A DNA stretch of 64,000 nucleotides from positions 387,859 through 451,858 of the forward strand of contig SMSO01000006.1 in assembly GCA_004764695.1 (NCBI GenBank). The letters are read 5' to 3'. The position numbers and the translations under genes were made by a program. Source of the stretch: Schizochytrium sp. TIO01. Lineage: Eukaryota > Protista > Bigyra: Labyrinthulomycetes. Position 1 is the stretch's first letter; every line of letters begins with the position of its first letter. Positions 1-11,555 of this stretch are shown one piece after another. The notes below the pieces were generated by a model, which did not search any database, was not told where the DNA came from, and saw nothing but the letters and a program-made list of their open reading frames with translations.

Positions 1-1150
1 AAGGCCATGTAAGATCTTCCACAGACATGCCCTTCTTCTTGTTCAAAGATGTATTGGTAAGGGCTCCGTCTTTTCCTTTTGGATTATACTTTGTACTCGC
101 AAAACGCACAAGGCCGTCTCGAAACATGTACGCTCGCAAGGGGTGGATAGAAGTCACAAGTACGTATGTGCGCATGTCCCATTTGAAACCATTAATGAGG
201 AATGGGTTGGGCAAGTATGTTTGCACAACGACCTCCTCAAGGTCAGGAAACTGCTCCTTCCAGCGAGGGAGTTGCCTCCAGTCATTCATAATCTTGATAC
301 CGTTACCTTCACCTCGATCTGTGGGTTTAAGGATGAACGACCTGGATGTGTATTTTGTGCGTGCCTGGTTTATCAGGATTGGATAGTCCCGGGGCAGCAT
401 CCAGCAGGGAAACACAAATTCCATCGACACATCGAACCCTCTCAAGGAGTTACTCATGGTCTCACAAAACCTATCTTTGCTCCATAGTGTATTTCGCAAT
501 CCGAATAATCTTGATACACGCTGATGTCTCTTGAATGTAAGTAAAAGACTTGGATCAAAGCAGTTGGGCTTTCCATCAAACAGGTCCAGGCACTTGATCG
601 CGCGAAAATCACTGTCATCACCGCGCATAATTTTCTTCTTGGTGCTATGCACAGTCGTAAGGCCGGCACCTGGAAGCGTGTAGTCCCAGATTGGAGCATC
701 GCGCTCCATTATAAACGACTTGCCAACAATAATTACCTTTTTTGCATCATCAGGAGGTCTCATCGTTTGTTCTACACGTGTGAGGATGAAAGAGGTTGTC
801 GCCAGATCTAGACTTTCTGATTTCTTTTCTCCACCATGTTTTCGCTTATGGCCTGCGCTCCGCAGCCGAGAGGATTCCACGATCTCACGACGCGTGTTAT
901 TGAGTGCTAGAGCAACGTTTTCTGTCGTCCTTTGTAGTGAGTTACGCGTTTCTTGCCAAGCCGTCTTCGAATCATCAAGGGTCGCCACCAGCCGCATATA
1001 CTCCCTGACATTGAGTGCACATACAAATAGACATGCAGCAATAACCACCGCTCGAGACCACTTTGTGCTGTCGCTGCCCTTGCGCCGGTTCTTCTTGGGA
1101 GACTTGCCCATCGCGAGATGCCAGTTTGCTTGTTGTTTCTCGTGGGCCAT
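1..1150 (-). CDS. Tubulin-tyrosine ligase-like (TTLL, ATP-grasp) protein with N-terminal signal anchor; 3' end lies outside the window
   Basis: Not in the ORF track because it has no stop inside the window. My manual translation from ATG 1150 (alternative in-frame ATG 1111) is open to position 1 and gives TTL motifs: FILKPTDRGEGNGI, VVQTYLPNPFLINGFKWDMRTYVLVTSIHPLRAYMFRDGLVRFASTKY, LTNTSLNK. The N-terminus reads KKNRRKG..KWSRAVVIAACLFVCAL. Confidence 0.9.
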   Translation of the reverse strand, partial: MAHEKQQANWHLAMGKSPKKNRRKGSDSTKWSRAVVIAACLFVCALNVREYMRLVATLDDSKTAWQETRNSLQRTTENVALALNNTRREIVESSRLRSAGHKRKHGGEKKSESLDLATTSFILTRVEQTMRPPDDAKKVIIVGKSFIMERDAPIWDYTLPGAGLTTVHSTKKKIMRGDDSDFRAIKCLDLFDGKPNCFDPSLLLTFKRHQRVSRLFGLRNTLWSKDRFCETMSNSLRGFDVSMEFVFPCWMLPRDYPILINQARTKYTSRSFILKPTDRGEGNGIKIMNDWRQLPRWKEQFPDLEEVVVQTYLPNPFLINGFKWDMRTYVLVTSIHPLRAYMFRDGLVRFASTKYNPKGKDGALTNTSLNKKKGMSVEDLTWP

Positions 1151-1705
1151 TTCATACCTAGGTACTGGGTACTCCTTAATTCATTTTCAGCTACTCTTGT
1201 TACGTAGACTACGGTAGGTAAGTAGATCCCTACTAGTAGGGATTTACATAGCTAGAGTTTAGTTCGATATCGCAACAACAATGAGTTTTGACCGGAGAAC
1301 ATACAAACAACCTACTTTTACGTCGGCCAAAACAAGTAAGGAAGTTATCCCAAGCTTCCTTTGGGTTCTCTGGAAATATGGTATGTCAAGCTAAGGTGAA
1401 GGTGAAGAAGTTGTTTTGCAGCGGTACCACGGTAACCTTAATTACATGTTATCTTTAAAAGCACATTTTGGTATTCGTATCTCGTATTGCGCAGAGCAAA
1501 GTCTGCAAAAGGCAGTCCGGAGCTCAGACATACGACAAGATTACAAAGAATATTAATTGGAAACACACATGAACACATTCAAGAGAAGGCAACGTCTGAG
1601 GTTGATTCGTGATGCTATTTTGCCCTTCTACAAAGCCATTTATCAAACTACTTTGAGAGCACAGTATTGGGCCATAGCTTTTATATAGAGTCAGAACGAG
1701 GATTT

Positions 1706-2821
1706 TTAGGCCTCACTGAGCAGTCGAATACCTGAGCCCTCGTCATTGCGAACATTGGGAGGAGCTGCAGTCACCGCGGCCACAGCAGGCTCATGTGCAA
1801 TGAATGACTGCTCGAAGCCAGCTGGAGAAAGCTCAGACTCAGACATAGCTGGTCCGCGTCTTTCCTCGAGGTCGGGGTCGTTCGAAAGAGCAGCAATTGA
1901 AATAGCGCAAAGTAGAATGCCGAGAGGTACGAAGATGCGAGACTTCCACTCCCAGCGCTCAACCTCGCGGAAGAAAACTGCAGAATAAAGGCTGCCCACG
2001 ACAATGATCACAGAATTCACAATTGGCACGGTGAAGGTTGCGCTATACAAATCAAGGCAGCGGTTAAGCGCATAACCTTGCCAGATCCCGAAGAGAGCTG
2101 TGGCACCGATGAAGGCGTACGTGAGCTGCGAGTCCCATGCTCCTTCTTTAATACAGAGAGACATCGACTTGGCAAAAATTTGAGTTATGGAACCGACAAG
2201 CCCAGCTCCGATGGTCATTCCAAGCCGACGGGTGTTGGCATCCTTGGATAGCAAAGCTTTCCAGGCATAGAACATTAGTCCCAAGACGACGCCGGAAGCC
2301 ACGGCAAACGGTGGGCGAATAAAGTCTTCGTGGAGGTCCTCGACAGTGACTTCGTTTGGCTCGCGGTTGCCTGACAAGAGAATGATTACAACTGAGAAGA
2401 AAATCAAAGCATTGAGAGCAATCACTCGGAGCGACGAGTGTTCGCGGTTAATGATCAGAGCAAGCGGGACGTTGAAGACAATGTGAAGGCCTCCGAACGG
2501 AATGGTGACACTAGCATCCACAAATGCCATGCTTATCATGTTGAGCACTGTGTTGATAATAGCAAGGCAGAAATTGCCAAACAAGAACAGTGGGTCTTTG
2601 TACACTGGTCCGAGTTCTTCGCCTTTGGTATCTTCTTCGTCGTTGCGAGGGCACTCCTCATCTTCAACTCCAGTATCCTCGTTATTGCGATCAGGAAACA
2701 ATCTGCCTCCGCCGCGTTTATCTGTGCGTCTTGAGTACGCCAGCTTGATTGTATTGTCCCCAATCGAGGCCGCAAACGACGCCAGTACCGACAGCACCAC
2801 GCCGACTACGTAGTCCTGCAT
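1706..2821 (-). CDS. NIPA-family (DMT superfamily) Mg2+ transporter-like membrane protein
   Basis: Intronless ORF with about 9 hydrophobic helices and NIPA-like segments (GVVLSVLASFAASIGDNTIK; SMAFVDASVTIPFGGLHIVFNVPLA; YALNRCLDLYSATFTVPI). The first ATG is at 2821; the track start at 2848 is TTG. Confidence 0.8.
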   Translation of the reverse strand: MQDYVVGVVLSVLASFAASIGDNTIKLAYSRRTDKRGGGRLFPDRNNEDTGVEDEECPRNDEEDTKGEELGPVYKDPLFLFGNFCLAIINTVLNMISMAFVDASVTIPFGGLHIVFNVPLALIINREHSSLRVIALNALIFFSVVIILLSGNREPNEVTVEDLHEDFIRPPFAVASGVVLGLMFYAWKALLSKDANTRRLGMTIGAGLVGSITQIFAKSMSLCIKEGAWDSQLTYAFIGATALFGIWQGYALNRCLDLYSATFTVPIVNSVIIVVGSLYSAVFFREVERWEWKSRIFVPLGILLCAISIAALSNDPDLEERRGPAMSESELSPAGFEQSFIAHEPAVAAVTAAPPNVRNDEGSGIRLLSEA

Positions 2822-5708
2822 CTTGGTCGCTTCAGTACGTGCCTCCAACCTTCTACGTCTTCCGTCCTCAGCCTGCTTCTCTCCCCTTCGTCGAAGTTAT
2901 TTCCTCCTCCCCGTCAGACCACTGTCTTCTGCCTCTGCCACCGTCTGCAGACAGGCGAGCGAGCTGCTGAATCTCGCCTTCGAGCGCTCTGCAGAAACGG
3001 AATTGCTTCTCACGCGCGACCGACCGACCGACCGACCTTGCCCAGGTCAGCGGAGCCAACTTGAATCGGATCGAGCTGCCTTCTTGGATCGACCCAATCG
3101 CTCCCGACTTGCTCCTCTTCAGACAGTCAGTTCTAGTTCTGCCAAGCCTTCGCACTGACCTCGTAGCCTGCTCAGCGCGCCCCTCTCCGTGCTTCAGTGC
3201 AGTCTTTAATTATTCTTCGCGCTCCCATGGTTTCCCTATCAGACTCCTACGCCGGCCTAGCGGGAAGAGCCCTAGAGAAAGGGTTCTCTGCACTAGCCGC
3301 TCAGGCCCTAGCCGATCCCATAAATGGCTACCCTATACTCTAGGAGTTGTGGGTTCAAAAAAATGGACAGAGAAAGGAAAAGCTTTGAAGAGGGGTAATA
3401 GAAATTAGGAATGAACTATCGTTTGGGCGTCAGAGCCACCTCTGGAGGTCCGAGCAGACGGTGAGTGGGTGGAGGAGGAGGTGCTGAGGCTTGTAGAGGG
3501 ATGTTCACGTGCGGTGATGATTATCGTGTACCCCTGCGATGATGACGACGACGGTGATGAACGATGTTTTAAAGGGCAGCGAGGGGCACAATAGAAGCAG
3601 TCAGGACTAACCCCCCTCTCGATGCTTACTGACCACTTACCAGTTACTTTAGGAGTTATACTTTCAGTTTTGCCGTTCTTTCGTAACATCGGGGACACCT
3701 GCATCGAAAGCTGTCGTTTCCGAGTGGGCTCCCTTCTTCATGGGTTTGGTTTTGCAATTCGAATAGACATAAAAGCTGGGATCTGGACGTTCTGTGCAAC
3801 AGTTTCTATTTCACGTCAGCGCTGATTATCCTTTTCCGTTCCATTTTGGCTTTTTCCAATCTCCGTTGACCATCGTTTCGCAGTAGCTATAGCTACGAAT
3901 GGATTTCCCCCCTTTTCGTTGTAGGTACCTAGATTGCATTCATAAGAATGTGGATTCATAAATCTATATGTCCACCACTATAATGCAATGCCGTGCGAGA
4001 GTGGGCTCACCCCGTTGTCTCGATCTGACTGATGACTACCGACGCGGGCCCTGTAGCAAAGTGGATGGGACTTTCTTGCCACTGGCACCTTGCTAGTACA
4101 CATCAAGAAAAGAGACTTTAAATAGTATTTTAAAAGGTGATATCTATCTACCCCTGGCATGTGATACCTAGGTTCTATTTTCATTCTCGTTGAAATAAGA
4201 GAGGACGAAGAAAGTCTTTACCTCCTTCTTGCTTTATTTGTCACAACCATTAAGCTATCAACCATAGCTTTTTCTGTTCTGGCCTAATTGTGCTGATTCA
4301 CCAACAGCTCCGCAATACGTAGTTTTTAATTTTAATCTTAATATTTTAATATCTTTAATATAAAAAAGAAAAAGAAAAAAAGATTAAATAGCCCCCATTC
4401 ATTTCAAGGTTTCTTCTAAGAGTTTCACTTGCAGCTATTCTGTTGTCGCAAGCACAAACGCAAGTCAAAGGAATGTTGCATGCATGCATCAATCCATGCC
4501 ATTTCCATGGTTGCTGTATGTGATATCGTTGAATACAAAAGGATAGTAAGCTAGAATTAATCAACACAGCTAAATTAAGGGTAGGCTAGTAGATACTAGA
4601 TTTGAGGTGTAGTGCACTCCTAAGGATTTACATAAGAAGAGGCAGGCCTGGTCCGCGCAGGAAAGTACCGAGTCCACTTGGCGAGACAGATTCTTTGGGC
4701 TTTAGGTGCCAGGTATGAAAGCGCATGTCCCGCTTTGGCGTGGGAGGTTACGGGATTGTATTAGATTATGCTGGACTGGACTAGTTAAGGCATAGTGGGT
4801 AGTTTTTAGCCAAGTTGATCTTCATCAATCAGCTACGACCAACCAATTTCGTGAGCGCGGAATCTTTGGAATGATATGTCATACTTAACATGGTGCGTTT
4901 GATTGAGTTAACAGGATGGACATTGGAGCAGCCTTGTTTGAGATCAACATAAGAATCGACAAGATATTGCGATATTTTCTCAAGGTGAACAACAGCGTGA
5001 AAGGAGAACCATAGATGTATCCAGTTTTACTCTCATCGCGATCTCCATAAAGGAATAGATAGGCATGAATATAGTTTGAAGAATATTGTACCAGGTTGAT
5101 GTTGTGTTTAGTAGATAGAACACACTTGTTGGACTGAGGTATGGGAATACTTTAGCAGTCTGGGTGCATTTATATTTTCTGGAAAGATAATCATTAGCAT
5201 TGCTCGATAAGTTCGTTCGATAGTCCGTGCAGGTGGGCTACACACTGTCGCAGATCAACTTACACGAGCCGGTTTCGACTCAAATTAAATAGAGCTCGAG
5301 GGTTGAAATGGTTGCTTTAAAAAAAAAATGAAATCTGTCTGGCAATATCTGGAAAAGAAATTCCCGTTATAATTAAACTACGACATTGGCTCTTAGAATT
5401 AGAATAGGCTTTGGCTCTGAAACAAGACCACTGAATGCAGCGCTACGAATATAAACAAGGCATATTTAAGAAATTGTATGACATCAATTTAGAGTAAGGG
5501 AGGCAGCAAGAGAAAATATGTACGCTGTGCAGATGGGAGAAGCACGATATCTTTAAAATATGAATTAGAAAGCTCCATTTTAAAAAAGCAGGGGTGTCGG
5601 TGTACCAAGTATTTCGAGTAAAATATTATATTTGACGCCGATGGGTAACAGCCTCGCTTGGTTGATGTATCTATCAGTAAGAAATTACCCCAGCAGGAGA
5701 GATGCATT

Positions 5709-7177
5709 CTAACAACAGGACGTGGCACCGCCAACAGGGGTAGTTTCTACAGAACCAACTTGCTTCGCGGTCTTAAAGGGGATACGAATGCCGCCAACGC
5801 CCTCAAAAGGGCCGTAGTGGCGGGATTTATCGCCAATAAAATCGAAGTGGCTTGCAAAGCGAGAGTATTTAAGCGTAGAGAAAGTATTACCGCTCACAGG
5901 GGTCACCTTGCCGGTCAAAAATTTCATGTTAAATGCAAGCTCCCATTCATGCTCATGCTCGGGAATGGTTCCCTTGTAAATCACAGCCTGACCGTAGTCC
6001 TCTTCGGTGGTTTCAAGCTCGTCCGCAGGCAGCTTCGTGAGACGATAGGTGACACTGTAAAACCCGATGTGGCCAATCTTTTCCTCAACGCGGCTGTTCT
6101 CGATGGTAATGACGGAGTCCTTAATAATCAAGGGCTTGCTGAAGCCACACTCGACTGCGATACGCTCGAAGTCGGCCCAGTAGAGAGCGCCACTGAGGCA
6201 TTCTCCCCAGAGAACCGGATCCTTGCGGAGAGCCTAATGATGTTAATAATAATAATAATCATAGTAATAAGATAGAAAGGAGCAACAATATTGGGGTTGC
6301 CACCGTCACAAGCAAATAATTCGTGTCAGTCATTGATGAGCAATCAACGTCTTCAATTTCACAGCAAAATCCATGCATTAAAGCGGAGGATTGCATATTA
6401 GGCATGGCGCATATCAATAAAACTTACTTCAGGAATACGACGTTCGGCGTAGACGTCGGAGAACTCCATCATACCACCCTCCTTCAGCAAGGAAAATGCC
6501 TGCTTGAGCACGGTGCGCTTATCGGGGCAGAGATTAATGACGCAGTTGGAGGTGATGATATCAAACGACGCAGGCTCAAGGTCAAGCTGGTCAAGTTGCT
6601 CAAGGTAACCCTTGAGGAAGCTCACATTGGATATGTTGAAGCCAAACTTCTCACGGTGGAACTCCTCGTGCTTTCGTGCAACTTCCAGCTGCTCGTCGGT
6701 CATATCCACGCCCACCACAAATCCGTCAGCACCTACCCATTGAGCAAGCACATAGACATCACGACCACTGCCAGATCCAAGATCCAGGATGCGCCTGCCA
6801 TCAACAATGTCAAATTCCACGCCACCACAGCCATAGTATTTGGCGAGGACCTCGTCATGCACATTTTTGAGGGCGCTCTTCAAACGAGGATTCATTGCTC
6901 CGCTTGTGCAACACGCGTTTGTTTTGAGGTCATCGCTGTTGCCGAGAACCTTACCGTAGTACTCTTTGACGGAATCTTTGACTTCTTCGTCCTGTTTCTG
7001 CTTGGGCTTGCAGCAGCTCGACTTCGCGGCAGACTCAGTCTCAGACACAGGCGTGCATGAAACCGGGGGAGTCTGCTTCGATTTCGGTTTGCAGCAGCCG
7101 GACTTGGGCTTGCAGCAGCTGCTGCCGCTGCTAGACTCAGACTTGACAGCGGCGTCCGCGGGATCTTTCGCCTCCAT
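5709..7177 (-). CDS. AS3MT: Arsenite S-adenosylmethionine methyltransferase (AS3MT/ArsM), 2 exons: 7177-6428 and 6233-5709
   Basis: Motifs VKEYYGKVL..DLKTNACC, YYGCG, ILDLGSGSGRDVY, GVDMTDEQL, SNCVINL, FSDVY. A phase-0 intron at 6427-6234 (GTAAGT...TCATTAG) joins ERRIPE to ALRKDPVLWGECLSGALYW, the canonical continuation. The protein ends GATSCC. Confidence 0.95.
6234..6427 (-). other. Spliceosomal intron of AS3MT (194 nt)
   Basis: GTAAGT donor and TAG acceptor; removal restores the reading frame and the conserved sequence. Confidence 0.92.
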
Positions 7178-8303
7178 TTTTGGGAAAGTAAAAGATAGAT
7201 GCACGAGTTGTGTCCTGGGGCTTCTTAGCTTCTGCCCCTTATCTCAAAGACAACACGGCACACGGCGTGCGCTATAGAATCAGACGCAATGAAGTCGAGT
7301 TGACGTCTTGGCGATCTGCTGCCGCCCGCTTGATTGCCCTCCTATGTTAAAGTGAGCTCGATCTCAAGGCTGATTTCAATGAAAATGTGTTGCATTCTAA
7401 AAAATAATATAAACGAAAGAGATTTATGTCTTGTTAGAAACCAAATATTTAAATCAGATCGATGATCCTGAGAGAACTCACTCAACTAGATAGGCAGACA
7501 CTCAGTAACACATCCAGACCATGCAAGGCTCAAGCGATACCCACTTCGGTCGCCTTGATAGCTTTTCCCATTTCCATTTCTTTTTTTTGCTTCGCGTGAA
7601 TCAAGTTATGCCTGCGTCGCCGGATTTCGCGAATATCTCCGCTGCTGGCTCGTTGAAACAAGATTAAAAGAAAAGGTAACAAACACCACGACACGTGGAG
7701 CTCAGTGACTGCAATCACTGATCAGAACTTGCCAGGATGCGAACAAAATGATCGGTTGAGACTTGAGGCCTGTGTTCAACTCCTTCACTAGCAGATGACA
7801 ACGATGACAGAGAAGGGCTCCGCATGAGAGCTAGGTAGTTGAGAAGCATCTAAGTAGGTTGTACATACGAGCAGCTCGGAACAAATAAATAATAGCTTAT
7901 AAACTAGATACTTACTAGGTACCTAACTACTAGTAGGACGAATAAGAAAGAGTTTTGTTTTGGCCAAGAGAAACGACCGAGGAACTAGATGCAAGCAAGC
8001 CCGACAGGCAACCTAATGAGTCTGAGGCAGGAAGGTATTGGAATGATATGTTGACCTTGTTTATTCATTATTTTGTGTTGCTAATAAATATGAAGGTAAA
8101 TTGCGCACATAAAAAATAGGGGAGTATTTTTGCTAGATTAAGTGGCACACAAGAGATGTTCAGATGTTGAGTTTCTATCTTATTGAAAAGTACCTATATA
8201 ATTGCAGAAACGCTAGAAGGGAAGTAAGGGTCGGGGGAATAAAATTCATCTAAATGAAGCGGTAATAACATTATCATAAAGCATGGGCGAGACATTTCGG
8301 GTC

Positions 8304-9518
8304 TCAAAAAGCCTGCTTCATTTCTTCGTGGATGCCGTCCTCATCCGCATAAGCACAAGTCGACTGTGCCGCAATTAAGTGTGATTTGGTGAGGAGAGCC
8401 GCCCGAACATGAGTGTCAACAGCAGACCTCATCTTCGCTGACTCAGTCTGTAGTGTTTTTTTCTCCTCCAGGAATTCTGCTGCTGTCTGGTGACGAGCAT
8501 ACTGAAGAGCATCAAACTGGTCGAGGAGTTTGCGTCGATCCTCGATCATTTTACGTGCAATCTTTCGAAATCGCGTGATTTCATTAAAGGCAAATTGATT
8601 TGCCTTTTGTAAGATTACATTAGTTAAGGCCGATGGAGTGTCGAGTTGTTGGAGCTTGAATTCTGAAACCTCTGCTTCAAGCTCGTCCTTTTCTTGCTCT
8701 CGCTGCTGAAGTTTAGCTTGTAGAGAAGCTATTTTAGTCTGCAGCTGGGTTACAGTTTGCTTTTGGTGTTCAAGTCGATTTTTGGCGAGACTGAGTTCAT
8801 CATACTTTGCAAGGTCAAAGGCTTGTTTTTTGTCTTTGTCCTCCAGCTGCATATTTAGCATATCAAGCTGATTTTTTTGCATGGCATTTACAAATGCAGC
8901 TTTCATAGATCTCTGGAGAGCATCATTACGTTCCATCTCAAGTACTTGGAATCGGTCGCGCACCTTTTCTAGCTCCACCTCATTTGCTTCTTGCTGAAAC
9001 CTGACATCTTTTCGCAAAGCCATTCTTAGAAGTTTATTCTCTGCACGCTCTCCTCGTAGTCTTTTCCTCAAATGTGCTTCTCTTTCCTTGAAGCTTTCCT
9101 TTTCTTTTGACAGGGTATTATACAGCTCACGAAGGTCATACGGGTAACCAGCCGTGTCCTTTTGCGTGAATGGTAAAGCCTCCGCTTGAAGACGTTTGAC
9201 TGTTGCTTCCAAGACATCCTTTTCTTGTTGAAGATCGAGAATCAGGCGATTGCGCTCCTGCAAGAGACTTCTGACCTGCGTCAATTCGCTGTGCTGCCGA
9301 CTCTGCTCTTTCTGAAGTCGCTCGATTTCCTGACGTAGGAGTGCCTTTTCATCAAGCAATCGTTCCACCATGCCCCGCACAGCTGCTGCTTGCGTTGGGA
9401 CGCTCTGTGAGCTAATCGGCAAGTTCATGGCATTTTCCATGACAGCTTGAATAGCAGCCACACTGCGGACTTCCTGCCTCGCTTCAAATCGTTCGCGCCA
9501 TGCTTGATCAAGGTCCAT
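8304..9518 (-). CDS. Long coiled-coil protein of unknown function
   Basis: ORF of about 404 aa from ATG 9518, rich in E/K/Q/R/L with heptad pattern throughout; no recognisable catalytic motif. Confidence 0.75.
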   Translation of the reverse strand: MDLDQAWRERFEARQEVRSVAAIQAVMENAMNLPISSQSVPTQAAAVRGMVERLLDEKALLRQEIERLQKEQSRQHSELTQVRSLLQERNRLILDLQQEKDVLEATVKRLQAEALPFTQKDTAGYPYDLRELYNTLSKEKESFKEREAHLRKRLRGERAENKLLRMALRKDVRFQQEANEVELEKVRDRFQVLEMERNDALQRSMKAAFVNAMQKNQLDMLNMQLEDKDKKQAFDLAKYDELSLAKNRLEHQKQTVTQLQTKIASLQAKLQQREQEKDELEAEVSEFKLQQLDTPSALTNVILQKANQFAFNEITRFRKIARKMIEDRRKLLDQFDALQYARHQTAAEFLEEKKTLQTESAKMRSAVDTHVRAALLTKSHLIAAQSTCAYADEDGIHEEMKQAF

Positions 9519-11131
9519 GGTAAGGCCTGATATGCAAGTTGGACGCACTAACGCCAGGCATACCCTGAACGGTCGCGCAAAGTAATCGTCCAGAGCGTCA
9601 AACCGATGCCTTTGTTGCGCTAATTATCATGAAAAAGAGGTCGTCCTTTACAAGGTTCTCTTGAATCCCCCAACACCTTGATCTAAGACCATACCATGGT
9701 ACCTACCATGGTAAAGGTAGTTATTACCTGGCCAACTTGAATACAGGAGAAGTCGACGGCGAACCCAACGGATTCCTTTTCTAATCTTATTTCCAATTGG
9801 CGCATTTCCCTTAACCATGCAACCACTACTACCTAGGTACAATTGGTTAGTAGGGTAGGAAACCTCCTCATTAAACAGAGCTCGTTCCTAGTTTGGTATT
9901 CTTTCGTTAAAGAACAATTCCACGCTAAAACAAAGGGAGAGAAAAACACAGCAGCCAGCTATAGATGATCTTGGTTCATGGTACTACTCAGTAGGTTTTA
10001 CATGCTTTAAAGAAAAAAGAGTAATAGTGTGGGAGTTTTCTGCAGTTGCACTAGATCGAAGAGGAGCGACATCATTTATATGCGAAGTTGACGAAAACCT
10101 TGTCATTCTCGGTAGTAGAGGATGGGTCTGTCGAAAAGTCAAACAAGGCGGCGTGTAATTTGATGTGGAGGATGCAATGCGGAGTTAGATGTGATGATCG
10201 ACGAGTGGTCCGACAGCAAGCTAGCTGTGCTTTCAAGAGCCAATAACGCAGCTTGATGCTTGCGATGTAAAAGCTTTTCGCTAGATTGTTATTGGTAGGA
10301 TATTAGATCGTCGTTCAATAAGTGTAAAGATAGTACAAATGACTATTTTTTTATATCAAACAACTTGTCATGAAGCTACTCCAGAAAATAATAGTGCTTT
10401 GTTTACACCTTTTCAAGCACTCTTCAAAGTCCAAAAATCTGTCGTTTTGCAGATGCATAATCTAGTATGAGTATTGCATAAGTGAAATTTAAAATAACTG
10501 TCTTTGCGCAGTCCATGCTGATGCGGGGAAATGGAAAAGCGAGAAGCCCATTTTCAAGTATCTCAATTTCAGCGTTCAGCTTTTACATTCTCTCATACTT
10601 GAAGTGGGATACCTATCGCAATCTGCAAAATCACATGGTATTACAAAAGCAAGGAAGTAGATCTGACTGATTTTTAAGTAATTGTCCAACCTCAAAATTA
10701 CACAGCGCATAGTAGGTACCTACTTAGTAATCTATCTTCAAAGCTAGCTAGGCACTACAATTGTATCTATCACGGTCCTCGCTTTGATTTGGCTGACAAG
10801 CCATCATAGTTTAGCATTTTCCCTGATTCACGTAGGTAGGTTTCTACTACCTCTGTCCATCTCCCTGTTCAATCCTATGCCTGCCCAAGAGGGGCCCTTC
10901 TTTAGTAGTGACTATCTTGCACCTAACATTTTGTTTTGACCAACTCGAGCCAAAGAGAATAGAAAACAAAAAGAAAACAAAAGAAAACAAAAAAGTTCTT
11001 TGTCAAGTGACTTTCAGTTGGATCTGCGCGTCCAGATTTTGAGGGCAGGAAATTCGTCGCACGATCACTACGACCCTGAAAGCATTTTTACCACTCAATC
11101 CTTCTTCGCCCACAAAGCCTCAATTATTGAT

Positions 11132-11162
11132 GAACGAACGAACGAACGAACGAACGAACGAA
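11132..11162. repeat. (GAAC)n microsatellite
   Basis: About 8 perfect copies visible. Confidence 0.9.
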
Positions 11163-11466
11163 AGAACTTGTGCTCCATCCTTCGGTGCGTGTTTAACTCC
11201 AAGTCCCTTTAAAAGTCCGATTCGATGGTAGACTGAAGAAGAAGAAGATATTGCCCATCGCGAAACCTGCCATTCCTTTCACAAGACGGTCGCGTCGTGG
11301 GTGCCTATATCCGCTCTTCAATCGACTCACGCTGTTAGCTACTAACGTCTTCTTCACTCGTCGCTTGGCTCTTCGCATTGACTCAACTTGTATGGCTGCC
11401 GCGGAAGGCTCCATGAATAAGATGGCGCGCGATTTTCATTGTAGATATGTATCTATGTTGTATGTA

Positions 11467-11555
11467 AGTGAGTGAGTGAGTGAGTGAGTGAGTGAGTGAG
11501 TGAGTGAGTGAGTGAGTGAGTGAGTGAGTGAGTGAGTGAGTGAGTGAGTGAGTGA
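11467..11555. repeat. (AGTG)n microsatellite
   Basis: About 22 perfect copies; source of the spurious THSL-repeat ORFs. Confidence 0.95.

Noticed and set aside
27-1217. Short ORFs listed in the track at the left edge
   Set aside because: Shadows or alternative frames of the minus-strand TTLL gene.
5658-7060. Plus-strand ORFs of 205 and 245 aa
   Set aside because: Antisense shadows of the two AS3MT exons; no motifs of their own.
5709-7177. Possible selenocysteine form of AS3MT
   Set aside because: The conserved Cys positions are TGT/TGC and there is no in-frame TGA in the spliced CDS.
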